Below are positions 16,789 through 25,151 of a DNA stretch of 64,000 bases, piece by piece. The notes beneath the pieces are model-generated. The model was given only the letters and a program-made list of their open reading frames with translations, had not been told where the DNA came from and made no database searches. How positions within the stretch are numbered: the stretch's first letter is position 1; each line of letters begins with the position of its first letter. The position numbers and the translations under genes are program-made. This DNA is from Novosphingobium sp. (GTDB lineage Bacteria; Pseudomonadota; Alphaproteobacteria; Sphingomonadales; Sphingomonadaceae). The stretch is from the NCBI GenBank assembly GCA_025356575.1, contig JANXSP010000095.1, positions 1,503-65,502 on the forward strand. The letters are read 5' to 3'.

Positions 16789-17991
16789 CTAGCGCAGACT
16801 GACCACGTTGTCGCTGACCCGCGGGTCGCGGCGATTGCCGAGGTACTGGCTCGCCATCGGCTCGTCGCCAACCTCGACCACGACCGTCTCGCCGAAACCG
16901 TTGAAGCTCGTCTTCATCGCCGCCCCATACGCGCCGAGCATCCCGATCTCGATGAAGTCGCCCGCGGCGATATCGCTCGGCAGATCGAACGGACCCTTCA
17001 TGTAATCGGCGTCGTCACACGTCGGCCCGTAGAACGCGAACTCGGCAGTGGCCAACCCTCGATCGTCGCCAAGGTATTTGACCGGGAAGCGCCAGCCGAC
17101 ATGCGCGGCGTCGAACAGCGCTCCGTAGGCGCCGTCATTGATGTACAGCTCGTCGCCGCGGCGCTTCTGCACGCGCACGACCAGCGAGTTGTATTCGGCG
17201 CACAGCGCGCGGCCCGGCTCGCACCACAGCTCGGAAGAGTACGAGATCGGCAGCGATTCGGACGCCCGGTGGATCGCGCCGAAATAATCCTCGAGCGGGG
17301 GCGGTTCCATGCCCGGGTAGATCGAGGGGAAGCCGCCGCCGACGTCGATGATGTCGACCGTAACCGCGGCATCGACGATCGCGGCGCGCACGCGCTCGAT
17401 CGCCTGGACATAAGCGAACGGCGTCATCGCCTGGCTGCCAACATGGAAGCAGATGCCGAGCGCATCGGCGACCTGGCGCGTGGCCTGGAGCAGCGGCGCG
17501 GCATCGACTAGATCGACCCCGAACTTGGCGGCGAGGCTCAGCTCCGAATATTCCGACGACACGCGCAGGCGGACGCACAGGTACAGGTCGGTCGCCGCGA
17601 TCCCGCCGACGGTAGTCGCGGTGACGATCTTCTCGAGCTCGTCGATCGTGTCGAGGCTGAACACGCGCACGCCGTGGACCGTATAGGCCTCGGCAATCGC
17701 ACTGGCGGTCTTGACCGGGTGCATGAAGCACAGCGTCGCCTGCGGCAGCGCGGCGCGGACAAGGCGCACTTCGGCGATCGAGGCGACATCGTAATGCGTG
17801 ATTCCCGCATCCCACAGCACCCGCAGCAGATCGGGCGACGGGTTGGCCTTGACCGCATAGAGCGACTTGCCCGGGAACTTCTCCACGAAGAACCGGGCAG
17901 CGCGCGCAGCAGCCTGCGGACGATTGAGAATTACGGGTTCGTCGGGCGCAAGCGCCCGAACTACAGCCGATGCGTCAGGATGGATGTGCAA
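16789..17991 (-). CDS. ornithine/lysine decarboxylase (alanine-racemase-fold, group IV PLP-dependent decarboxylase)
   Basis: LYAVKANP (PLP lysine), HVGSQ, GGGFP and EPGRAL motifs. TTG start as in the track. Confidence 0.85.
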   Translation of the reverse strand: MHIHPDASAVVRALAPDEPVILNRPQAAARAARFFVEKFPGKSLYAVKANPSPDLLRVLWDAGITHYDVASIAEVRLVRAALPQATLCFMHPVKTASAIAEAYTVHGVRVFSLDTIDELEKIVTATTVGGIAATDLYLCVRLRVSSEYSELSLAAKFGVDLVDAAPLLQATRQVADALGICFHVGSQAMTPFAYVQAIERVRAAIVDAAVTVDIIDVGGGFPSIYPGMEPPPLEDYFGAIHRASESLPISYSSELWCEPGRALCAEYNSLVVRVQKRRGDELYINDGAYGALFDAAHVGWRFPVKYLGDDRGLATAEFAFYGPTCDDADYMKGPFDLPSDIAAGDFIEIGMLGAYGAAMKTSFNGFGETVVVEVGDEPMASQYLGNRRDPRVSDNVVSLR

Positions 17992-18132
17992 CTCAAGGGA
18001 CCCCCAAAGATCGTTTCAACAAGCTGCCTTGCGGTATGGAAGTCCCCTAGGGGCAGCGGAGGGTCGCTATAAGGACGGGTAGATTAATCGCAAGTGAAAA
18101 GGGGCCAGCTGCCGTCCCGAAACGGGTGGACC

Positions 18133-19380
18133 TCAGGACGTTCGGACCAGATGCTCGGCCAGCGCCTGATACGCGGGCAGCGATGCCGGATCGTTGCCCC
18201 CGTTGGCGGCCACCGGGTGTGAGGCGAAGCGCGCGATCGTCATTTCGGCGGCGGGGTCGACATGGATCGTCTGGCCGTGAATCCCGCGCCCGCTGAAGGT
18301 GCCGTGCGCGTTGTGGCTGACCCACCACTGGCCGCGGTACGACCAGCCCCGAAGCAACGGGAAGTCGGCTTTGGCAAAGTGCGCGGGATCGCCGCCGCCG
18401 CGAATATCGGCGATCACCGCCGCGGGAATGATCTGGCGGCCATCGACCAGCCCGCCCAGCCGCATCGCTTCGCCCATGCGGGCGAAGTCGGCGAGCACCG
18501 GGCACAGCCCACCGCCGGTGAACGGCATCCCCGCCGAATCGACCACGATATCGGCATCGCCTTCCATGCCCAGCGGCTGCCACAACCGCGCGGACAGCAC
18601 TTCATGGCAGCGCTTGCCCTCGATCCGCGCGATGATCCAGCCGAGCACTTCGGTGTTGACCGTGCGGTAGGTGAACGCCTCGCCGTGGGTGCCAAGCTTT
18701 TTCACCGCGGGAATGAAGCCGTACATATCGGTCGGCCCGGCGTACTGCGGCGGGCGCGGGGTCAGCCCGAGCGCGTTGCTGAACGCGCCGATGCCCGAGT
18801 TGGGATCGGTGTAATCCTCCGAATAGTCGAGCGCGGTGGTCATATCGAGGACGTGGCGCACGGTCGCGTCGGCGAACCCGCTTCCCGCCACTTCGGGCAG
18901 GTATTCGAGCACCGGTGCACCGGGATCGAGCTTGCCTTCGGCGATCAGCATCGCCGCGATCGTGCCGAAGAAGCTCTTGGTCACCGAGAACGCGATGTGG
19001 CGGGTCTGCGGCGTGGTCACCCCGAACCAGCGTTCGTACACAACCGTGCCGCGGTGGAGGACGAGGATCCCGTCAGTGAAATTGGCAGCGAGCGATTCGC
19101 TCCAGGTCATCTGCGCGTCGCCGCCCAGCGGGGCAAACGTCACCGCATCGAGATCATCCCGCAGCGCGCGCGGCAGCTCGGTGATCGTGCCCGTGCGCCG
19201 CCCGACCCGAGCGGTCGGCACGAATTCGCGCATGTGCGAGAACGCGTAGCGCGTCATCGGGAACCGCATGTGATCGGCGCGCGCGGCCAGGATGCGCTTG
19301 TCGGGCGCCGGAGGCAGCCCGTCCATCCAGCCCATCGCCGCGGGATCGCTGGTGACAGCGTCGAGGATCGTATCGGACAT
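18133..19380 (-). CDS. beta-lactamase-fold serine hydrolase (6-aminohexanoate-dimer-hydrolase-like)
   Basis: SVTKS (SxxK) and YRTVNT (YxN) motifs. 415 aa. Confidence 0.75.
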   Translation of the reverse strand: MSDTILDAVTSDPAAMGWMDGLPPAPDKRILAARADHMRFPMTRYAFSHMREFVPTARVGRRTGTITELPRALRDDLDAVTFAPLGGDAQMTWSESLAANFTDGILVLHRGTVVYERWFGVTTPQTRHIAFSVTKSFFGTIAAMLIAEGKLDPGAPVLEYLPEVAGSGFADATVRHVLDMTTALDYSEDYTDPNSGIGAFSNALGLTPRPPQYAGPTDMYGFIPAVKKLGTHGEAFTYRTVNTEVLGWIIARIEGKRCHEVLSARLWQPLGMEGDADIVVDSAGMPFTGGGLCPVLADFARMGEAMRLGGLVDGRQIIPAAVIADIRGGGDPAHFAKADFPLLRGWSYRGQWWVSHNAHGTFSGRGIHGQTIHVDPAAEMTIARFASHPVAANGGNDPASLPAYQALAEHLVRTS

Positions 19381-19392
19381 GGGTTTCGGCTC

Positions 19393-20670
19393 CTAGCTCA
19401 GTCGGTCGCGAAAGTCGGCGTAGCCGAAGCGCTTGACGCATTCGAGGCTGTCATCGGCGCTGTCCCATAGCCAGATCGAAGGCAGCGGGACGCCGTTGAA
19501 CGTGGTCGTCTTGACCATCGAATAATGCGCCTGGTCGAGAAACGCGAAACGCTGGCCGGGGACGGGCGGCGCGGCGAAGCGGTAATCGCCGATGACGTCC
19601 CCCGCGAGGCATGAGGGCCCGCCGAGGCGGACGGTAAGCGCGTTATCGCCTGAGGTCCCCGCCTGCGCGGGGACGCGGCTGGCTATAATGTCCCGCTCCC
19701 CCGCGAAGGCGGGGGCCTCGGGCGGGAAGTCACCACCCCCGGCCTCACCCAGCATCGCCGGGCGATACGGCGCCTCGATCACATCGGGCATGTGGCACGT
19801 CGCGGAAATGTCGGTGATCGCGAGGTGCATCCCATTACTGCCGGTATCGAGGACGGTGCCAACGAGGATCCCCGCGTCCAGCGCGACCGCCTCGCCCGGC
19901 TCGAGATAGATCTCACACCCGGTTTCGGCCTTCACCCGGCGCAGGAACGCGATCAGTTCGTCGCGCTGATAATCGGACCGCGTGATATGGTGGCCGCCGC
20001 CGAAGTTGAGCCACTTGAGCTGCGGCAGCCACCGCGCGATCCGCGGCTCGAGCGCCGCCCAAGTCCGTTCGAGCGGGGCAAAATCCTGTTCGCAAAGCGT
20101 GTGCAAGTGCAGCCCGTCGACCCCTTCCATATGTTCGTCGGCGAGTTGGTCGACCGGAAACCCGAGCCGGCTGTGCGGCGCGCATGGATCGTAGCGGGGA
20201 ACCTCGCCCTCGGCGTGGAGCGGGTTGATCCGCAGCGCGACGTCGAACACATCGCCGCCCGCCCGCGCCAGTGCGAGCTGTGGGAGGAACCGTTCGAGCT
20301 GGCCCGGAGAATTGAAGATCAGGTGGTCGGAAATCCGGCAAATTTCGGCCAGGTCCTCGGCTTTATAGGCCGCGCAATATGTCGCGATCTCTGCCCCGGA
20401 ACTAGAAACATAATGCTCTGCCGCGAGCAGCGCTTCCCACAGCCCCGAGGTGCAGACACCATCGAGATAGTCGCCCACCAGCGGCGCCACGCGCCACATC
20501 GAAAACGCTTTGAGCGCGGCGAGCACCTTGATCCCCGCGCGGTCGCGGACATCGGCGAGGATCGCGAGATTGGCGCGCAGCTTGGCGGCATCGACCACGA
20601 AAGCGGGCGAATCGACGCGGGCCAGGTCAAAGGTTGCGAACGCGCCCGGGTCGCCGGCTCTGGTTTCCAT
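19393..20670 (-). CDS. nspC: carboxynorspermidine/carboxyspermidine decarboxylase carrying an in-frame REP-like insertion
   Basis: SPAFVVD...LAALKAF, NFGGGHHITR, EPGEAV, PYRP...LGGPSCLAGD, FNGVPLPSI...FGYADF. Likely start is ATG 20670 (TGATG overlap with the upstream stop). Confidence 0.85.
   Translation of the reverse strand: METRAGDPGAFATFDLARVDSPAFVVDAAKLRANLAILADVRDRAGIKVLAALKAFSMWRVAPLVGDYLDGVCTSGLWEALLAAEHYVSSSGAEIATYCAAYKAEDLAEICRISDHLIFNSPGQLERFLPQLALARAGGDVFDVALRINPLHAEGEVPRYDPCAPHSRLGFPVDQLADEHMEGVDGLHLHTLCEQDFAPLERTWAALEPRIARWLPQLKWLNFGGGHHITRSDYQRDELIAFLRRVKAETGCEIYLEPGEAVALDAGILVGTVLDTGSNGMHLAITDISATCHMPDVIEAPYRPAMLGEAGGGDFPPEAPAFAGERDIIASRVPAQAGTSGDNALTVRLGGPSCLAGDVIGDYRFAAPPVPGQRFAFLDQAHYSMVKTTTFNGVPLPSIWLWDSADDSLECVKRFGYADFRDRLS
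19648..19725. repeat. REP/BIME-like double-hairpin element, copy A (intragenic, within nspC)
   Basis: GCCTGAGGTCCCCGCCTGCGCGGGGACGCGG...CTCCCCCGCGAAGGCGGGGGCCTCGGGCGG. It has two GC hairpins in inverted orientation. Confidence 0.85.
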
Positions 20671-21875
20671 CAGAACCCCAGCGGCCCGCCGAGTTCCTTG
20701 ACCTGCCACGGCAGCCCTTGGCTATTGAGCATGTCCATGTACGGATCGGGATCGAGCTGTTCGATGTTGAACACGCCCTCGCCGCTCCACACCCCCGTCA
20801 GCATCAACGCGGCGCCGATCATCGCGGGGACGCCGGTAGTGTAGCTGACCGCCTGGTTGCCGGTTTCGGCATAGGCCTCCTCGTGGTCGCAGATCTGGTA
20901 GATGTAGAACGTGCGCTCTTCGCTGTCCTTGAAGCCGGTGGCGATGTCGCCGATGTTGGTCTTGCCCTTGGTCGTGGCACCCAGCGACGAAGGTTCGGGC
21001 AGCACCGCCTTGAGGAACTGCAAGGGCACGATCTCGCGCCCCTCGTACATCACCGGGTCGATCCGCGTCATGCCGACGTTCTGGAGCACGGTGAGGTGCT
21101 GGATATAGGCATCGCCGAAAGTCATCCAGAAGCGGATACGCTCGATCTCGGGAAGGTGTTTCGAGAGGCTCTCGAGCTCCTCGTGGTACATCAGGTACAT
21201 GTTCTTCGGGCCGACGCCCTCGAACGCGAACTCCTGTTTGATCGCCATCGCCGGGGTCTCGACCCATTTGCCTGCCGACCAGTGGCGCGCCGGCGCGGTG
21301 ACTTCGCGGATGTTGATCTCGGGGTTGAAGTTGGTCGCGAACGGCTGGCCGTGGTCGCCGCCGTTGCAGTCGAGGATGTCGAGCGTGCGGATCGTGTCGA
21401 GCTTGTGCTTCTTGAGCCAGGTCGCGAACACGCTGGTGACCCCGGGATCGAACCCCGATCCAAGCAGCGCCATCAGCCCCGCTTCCTTGAACCGGTCGTG
21501 GTAGGCCCACTGCCACTTGTACTCGAACTTGGCTTCCTCGCGCGGTTCGTAGTTGGCAGTGTCCATATAGTTGACCCCCACCTCGAGGCAGGCGTCCATG
21601 ATGTGGAGATCCTGGTACGGCAGCGCGAGATTGACGACGAGTTTGGGCTCAAGCTGGCGGATCAAGGCGACCGTGGCGGGGACATCGTCGGCATCGATGG
21701 CATGGGTGGTGATCGTCTGCCCGGTCCGCGCCAGCACCGATTCGGCGATCGCATCGCACTTCGCCTTGGTGCGGCTGGCGAGCGCAATCTCGCTGAAGAT
21801 CGGCGCGTTCATCGCCATCTTGTGGACCGCGACCGAGCCGACACCGCCCGCTCCGATTACCAGAACCTTTGACAT
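20670..21875 (-). CDS. carboxynorspermidine synthase (saccharopine dehydrogenase family)
   Basis: MSKVLVIGAGGVGSV Rossmann start; strong resemblance to the CANSDH family. Real ATG at 21875 within track ORF 20670..21944. Confidence 0.85.
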   Translation of the reverse strand: MSKVLVIGAGGVGSVAVHKMAMNAPIFSEIALASRTKAKCDAIAESVLARTGQTITTHAIDADDVPATVALIRQLEPKLVVNLALPYQDLHIMDACLEVGVNYMDTANYEPREEAKFEYKWQWAYHDRFKEAGLMALLGSGFDPGVTSVFATWLKKHKLDTIRTLDILDCNGGDHGQPFATNFNPEINIREVTAPARHWSAGKWVETPAMAIKQEFAFEGVGPKNMYLMYHEELESLSKHLPEIERIRFWMTFGDAYIQHLTVLQNVGMTRIDPVMYEGREIVPLQFLKAVLPEPSSLGATTKGKTNIGDIATGFKDSEERTFYIYQICDHEEAYAETGNQAVSYTTGVPAMIGAALMLTGVWSGEGVFNIEQLDPDPYMDMLNSQGLPWQVKELGGPLGF

Positions 21876-21906
21876 TCTCACTCCAGAATTTGACGGACCG
21901 TTGCTT

Positions 21907-21981
21907 CCTCGCGAAGGCGGGGACCTCGGGCGGCCATGGACCACCAGGTGGCCGGAGGTCCCCGACTGCGCGGGGACGCGG
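21907..21981. repeat. REP/BIME-like double-hairpin element, copy B (intergenic, units in swapped order)
   Basis: CCTCGCGAAGGCGGGGACCTCGGGCGG-N18-CCGGAGGTCCCCGACTGCGCGGGGACGCGG. Confidence 0.85.
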
Positions 21982-22006
21982 TGTGGTCGCGCTTTAGGAC
22001 ATCACG

Positions 22007-22969
22007 ATGACCGATCCAAGTATGCGTTCCCCGACTGCCGAAGGCGTTGCCCGCGCATCCGCCAAGATCGCGGCGCTGCTTCCGATAACGCCGCTGATGC
22101 CGTTTTGGGTCCGCGGGGTGCAAGTCTGGGGCAAGGCCGAGTGCCTCCAGCCGATCGGCTCGTTCAAGATCCGCGGCGCTTGGCACCGGCTCAGCGACCT
22201 CAGCGAAGCCGAGCAGGCGTGCGGCGTGGTCGGGGTGTCGAGCGGCAACCATGCCCAAGGCGTAGCCTGGGCGGCAGCGCGGCTGGGCATCGCCGCGACC
22301 ATCGTGATGCCCCACGATGCCCCTGCGGTTAAGCTCGCCAATACCCGCGCATTGGGCGCCGAAGTCGTCACCTATCACCGCTACGACGAGGACCGCGACG
22401 AGGTCGCCGCGCGGCTGATCGGCAATTCGGGCGCGACCTTGGTCCACGCGTTCGCCGATCCGTGGGTAATCGAAGGCCAAGGCAGCGCGGGGATCGAGAT
22501 CGCCGCGCAATTGGGGCAGCAACCCACCCGGATCGCCGCGTGCTGCGGCGGCGGCGGGCTCAGCGCGGGACTTGCGCTCGCCTGCCCCGATGCCGAGATC
22601 GTGCCGGTCGAGCCCGAGCACTGGGACGACGTCCGCCGCAGCCTGATCGCGGGCGAGATCGTGAGCGTGGCCAAGGACGCTCCGCCGACCGCGTGCGACG
22701 CGCTCCAGACCCCGGCCACGCGTCCGATCAACTTCGCGATCCTGCGTGAACGCTGCGCGCCCGGGGTGGCGGTTACGCCGGCCGAAGTGCGCGCGGCGCA
22801 GCGGTTCGCGTTTTCGAACCTGCGGCTGGTGCTCGAACCCGGAGGCGCCGCCGCGCTGGCCGCGGTGCTCGCGGGTAAGGTGGCTGTGGAAGGCCGGACG
22901 GTGGTCATGCTCACAGGCGGCAACACCGATGCCGCGGCGTTCGCGCGGGTTCTCTCCAGCGACGACTGA
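22007..22969 (+). CDS. threonine/serine dehydratase family PLP enzyme (fold type II)
   Basis: PIGSFKIRGA (PLP lysine), SSGNHAQG, GGGGLSAG. Confidence 0.8.
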   Translation: MTDPSMRSPTAEGVARASAKIAALLPITPLMPFWVRGVQVWGKAECLQPIGSFKIRGAWHRLSDLSEAEQACGVVGVSSGNHAQGVAWAAARLGIAATIVMPHDAPAVKLANTRALGAEVVTYHRYDEDRDEVAARLIGNSGATLVHAFADPWVIEGQGSAGIEIAAQLGQQPTRIAACCGGGGLSAGLALACPDAEIVPVEPEHWDDVRRSLIAGEIVSVAKDAPPTACDALQTPATRPINFAILRERCAPGVAVTPAEVRAAQRFAFSNLRLVLEPGGAAALAAVLAGKVAVEGRTVVMLTGGNTDAAAFARVLSSDD

Positions 22970-23040
22970 TAGGTTGCCTTTGACAATCGACCGACCTGCC
23001 CGCACGTAGCGCCCGGGGATCGCAATTGAGGGGGAAGACG

Positions 23041-23487
23041 ATGCAGGCGCAAATCCTGGGACCCGCAGCCATATTGGTGTTGTGGTCGCTGATCATGTTG
23101 TTGTGGACAGGCGGTACGCGCTTTCCGGCAATGGCCAAGGCCGGAATGGACATCAACAAATCCGCTCCCGGCGGACGCGGTCAAGACCTCGAGACGGTGC
23201 TGCCCGCCAACGTAAACTGGAAGTCGCACAATTACAGCCATCTGATGGAGCAGCCGACGCTGTTCTACGCCGCGGTCGTCATCCTGGCGATCATGGGCGC
23301 GGGCGCGGTCGACGTGATGCTCGCCTGGGCCTACGTCCTTGTCCGCATTGTCCACTCGTTGTGGCAGGCGCTGGTCAACCGCATCCCCATCCGTTTCGCG
23401 CTGTTCGTCGTTTCGACCGCGTGCCTGATCGCGCTCGCGGTGCGCGCTGTCGTCGCAACGCTGTTTTACTCGGGAGCCGTGACATGA
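23041..23487 (+). CDS. MAPEG family membrane protein
   Basis: Four predicted TM helices; NYSHLMEQPTLFY and RIVHS motifs. GAGGGGGAAG lies upstream of the ATG at 23041. Confidence 0.7.
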   Translation: MQAQILGPAAILVLWSLIMLLWTGGTRFPAMAKAGMDINKSAPGGRGQDLETVLPANVNWKSHNYSHLMEQPTLFYAAVVILAIMGAGAVDVMLAWAYVLVRIVHSLWQALVNRIPIRFALFVVSTACLIALAVRAVVATLFYSGAVT

Positions 23488-23912
23488 TCGGGATGACGAT
23501 ACTCCAGCCGGTCGTTGCGCTGGCAGCATGGACGATGCTCGTGTGGGTGTGGATGTATATCACCCGCATCCCCGCAATGAGCGCGGCCAAGATCGATACA
23601 AAGAACCTGGTCGGCGGCACTGGGCAGAGCCTGGACCAGATGCTGCCCGCCAAGGTCCAGTGGGTCGCGCACAACTACAACCACCTCCACGAAGCGCCGA
23701 CGGTGTTCTACGCAGTGGCGCTGGTGCTGGCGATCGTCGGTGTGGGCGACGGGATCAACACCACGATTGCCTGGGCCTATGTGGCGCTGCGGGTGATCCA
23801 CACTCTGGTGCAAGTGCTGGGCAACCGGGTAATGGTGCGGTTCGCGGTATTCGCATTGTCGAGCCTGTGCCTCATGGCGCTGACCCTGCACGCGGGGATC
23901 GCGGTGTTCTGA
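23484..23912 (+). CDS. MAPEG family membrane protein (tandem paralog)
   Basis: NYNHLHEAPTVFY and RVIHT parallel the upstream gene. The ATG at 23484 overlaps the upstream TGA (ATGA). Confidence 0.7.
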   Translation: MIGMTILQPVVALAAWTMLVWVWMYITRIPAMSAAKIDTKNLVGGTGQSLDQMLPAKVQWVAHNYNHLHEAPTVFYAVALVLAIVGVGDGINTTIAWAYVALRVIHTLVQVLGNRVMVRFAVFALSSLCLMALTLHAGIAVF

Positions 23913-23951
23913 AGCAGGCAATAACGCCCGTTCCTCGCTCGTAAGGTCGAC

Positions 23952-25151
23952 CTAAGCGCGCACGAACAAACTCGCCAGTTCGACATGCGTCGACCAGCGG
24001 AACTGCCCGACCGCGCGGAGCTGCGCCAGGCGGTATCCCCCCGCAACCAGGGTCGCCGCATCGCGCGCCCAGCTCGCCGGGTTGCAGCTGATATAGACCA
24101 CCCGCGGCACGACCGACTTGGCGATGTGCGCAATCTGGTCGCGCGCGCCGGCGCGCGGCGGATCGAGCAGGACCGCGGCGAAGCGGTCGAGCTCGGCGGG
24201 CTGGAGCGGGTTGCGGAACAAGTCGCGGTGCAGGACGTGGACCGGCTTGCCGCTGCGCCCGGCCGCGGCCTTGCACGCCAGATGCGCCGCCTGCGCTGCC
24301 TCGACCGCGAGCACTTTTGCCGGGCCGGCCAGCGCGAAGGCGAAAGTCCCCAGCCCGGCGAACAGGTCGGCGATCGTCGCCGCGCCCGCCAGCCATTCAC
24401 GCGCCGCGGCAATCAGCGCAGCCTCGCCGTCGGCGGTCGCCTGGAGGAACGAACCCGGGGGCAGCGGCACCGGCACGCCGCCAAGCGTTACCGTGACCGG
24501 CTCGGGCTCCCACGTCGCCTCGGGGCCGTAGCCCTGATCGAGAGTCAGGCGTGCCAGGCCTTGCGTCCGCGCGAAATCGAGCAATGCCTCGATCGCGCTC
24601 AGCCCCTCGACGCTCAATCCCTTGAGCGCGAGGTCGACGCCTTGGTCGGTCAGCGTCAGCTCGGCGTCGACCGCGATCTTGCCCGGCTGGCGCGAGAGCA
24701 TTTTGCGCAGCGGAGCGACCAGCGCGAACAGTTCGGGCGCCAGCACATGGCATTCGCGCATATCGACGATCCGGTGCGATCCTGCCTCGTGGAACCCGAT
24801 CTTGATCGCCCCGCCGCGCCGCGCGGCGTGAAGTCCGGCGCGGCGGCGCGTGCGCGGGGGGGAAAGGTGCACCCGCACCGCTGCGGGGACGGCAAGGTGC
24901 TGGCCGTCCACGGCATTGCTCACCCGCTCGCCGACGAACCGCGCCAGCGTCTCTTCGTCGAGCTGCTGGAGCTGGCATCCGCCGCACTCGGGGAAATGGC
25001 GGCACGGCGGCACCATGTGGTGCGGCCCCGGGGTGATCGCGCCGTCCGCTGCGACCAGATCGCCGGGTGCGGTCAGCGCGACGTGTCGGCCCGAAGCGGT
25101 TACTCCGTCGCCGCGCGCGGCCACGCGAAGGATTTCTTCGAGCGCGCTCAC
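23952..25151 (-). CDS. class I SAM-dependent RNA (uracil-5)-methyltransferase, TrmA/RlmD family
   Basis: CRHFPECGGCQLQ Fe-S cluster cysteines, DLFAGLGTF SAM motif, ISCNP. GTG start overlaps the upstream stop (GTGA). Confidence 0.8.
   Translation of the reverse strand: MSALEEILRVAARGDGVTASGRHVALTAPGDLVAADGAITPGPHHMVPPCRHFPECGGCQLQQLDEETLARFVGERVSNAVDGQHLAVPAAVRVHLSPPRTRRRAGLHAARRGGAIKIGFHEAGSHRIVDMRECHVLAPELFALVAPLRKMLSRQPGKIAVDAELTLTDQGVDLALKGLSVEGLSAIEALLDFARTQGLARLTLDQGYGPEATWEPEPVTVTLGGVPVPLPPGSFLQATADGEAALIAAAREWLAGAATIADLFAGLGTFAFALAGPAKVLAVEAAQAAHLACKAAAGRSGKPVHVLHRDLFRNPLQPAELDRFAAVLLDPPRAGARDQIAHIAKSVVPRVVYISCNPASWARDAATLVAGGYRLAQLRAVGQFRWSTHVELASLFVRA

Noticed and set aside
16756-16791. 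tRNA-like GGTTCGAA (T-loop-like) motifs on the minus strand, present twice.
   Set aside because: No complementary T-stem, acceptor stem or anticodon arm could be drawn around either copy. I interpret them as a short direct repeat.
19648-19725. Treating the REP-like elements as autonomous mobile elements or MITEs with target-site duplications.
   Set aside because: No transposase or RAYT gene is in the window, and I could not identify consistent flanking direct repeats. I annotated them only as repeats.
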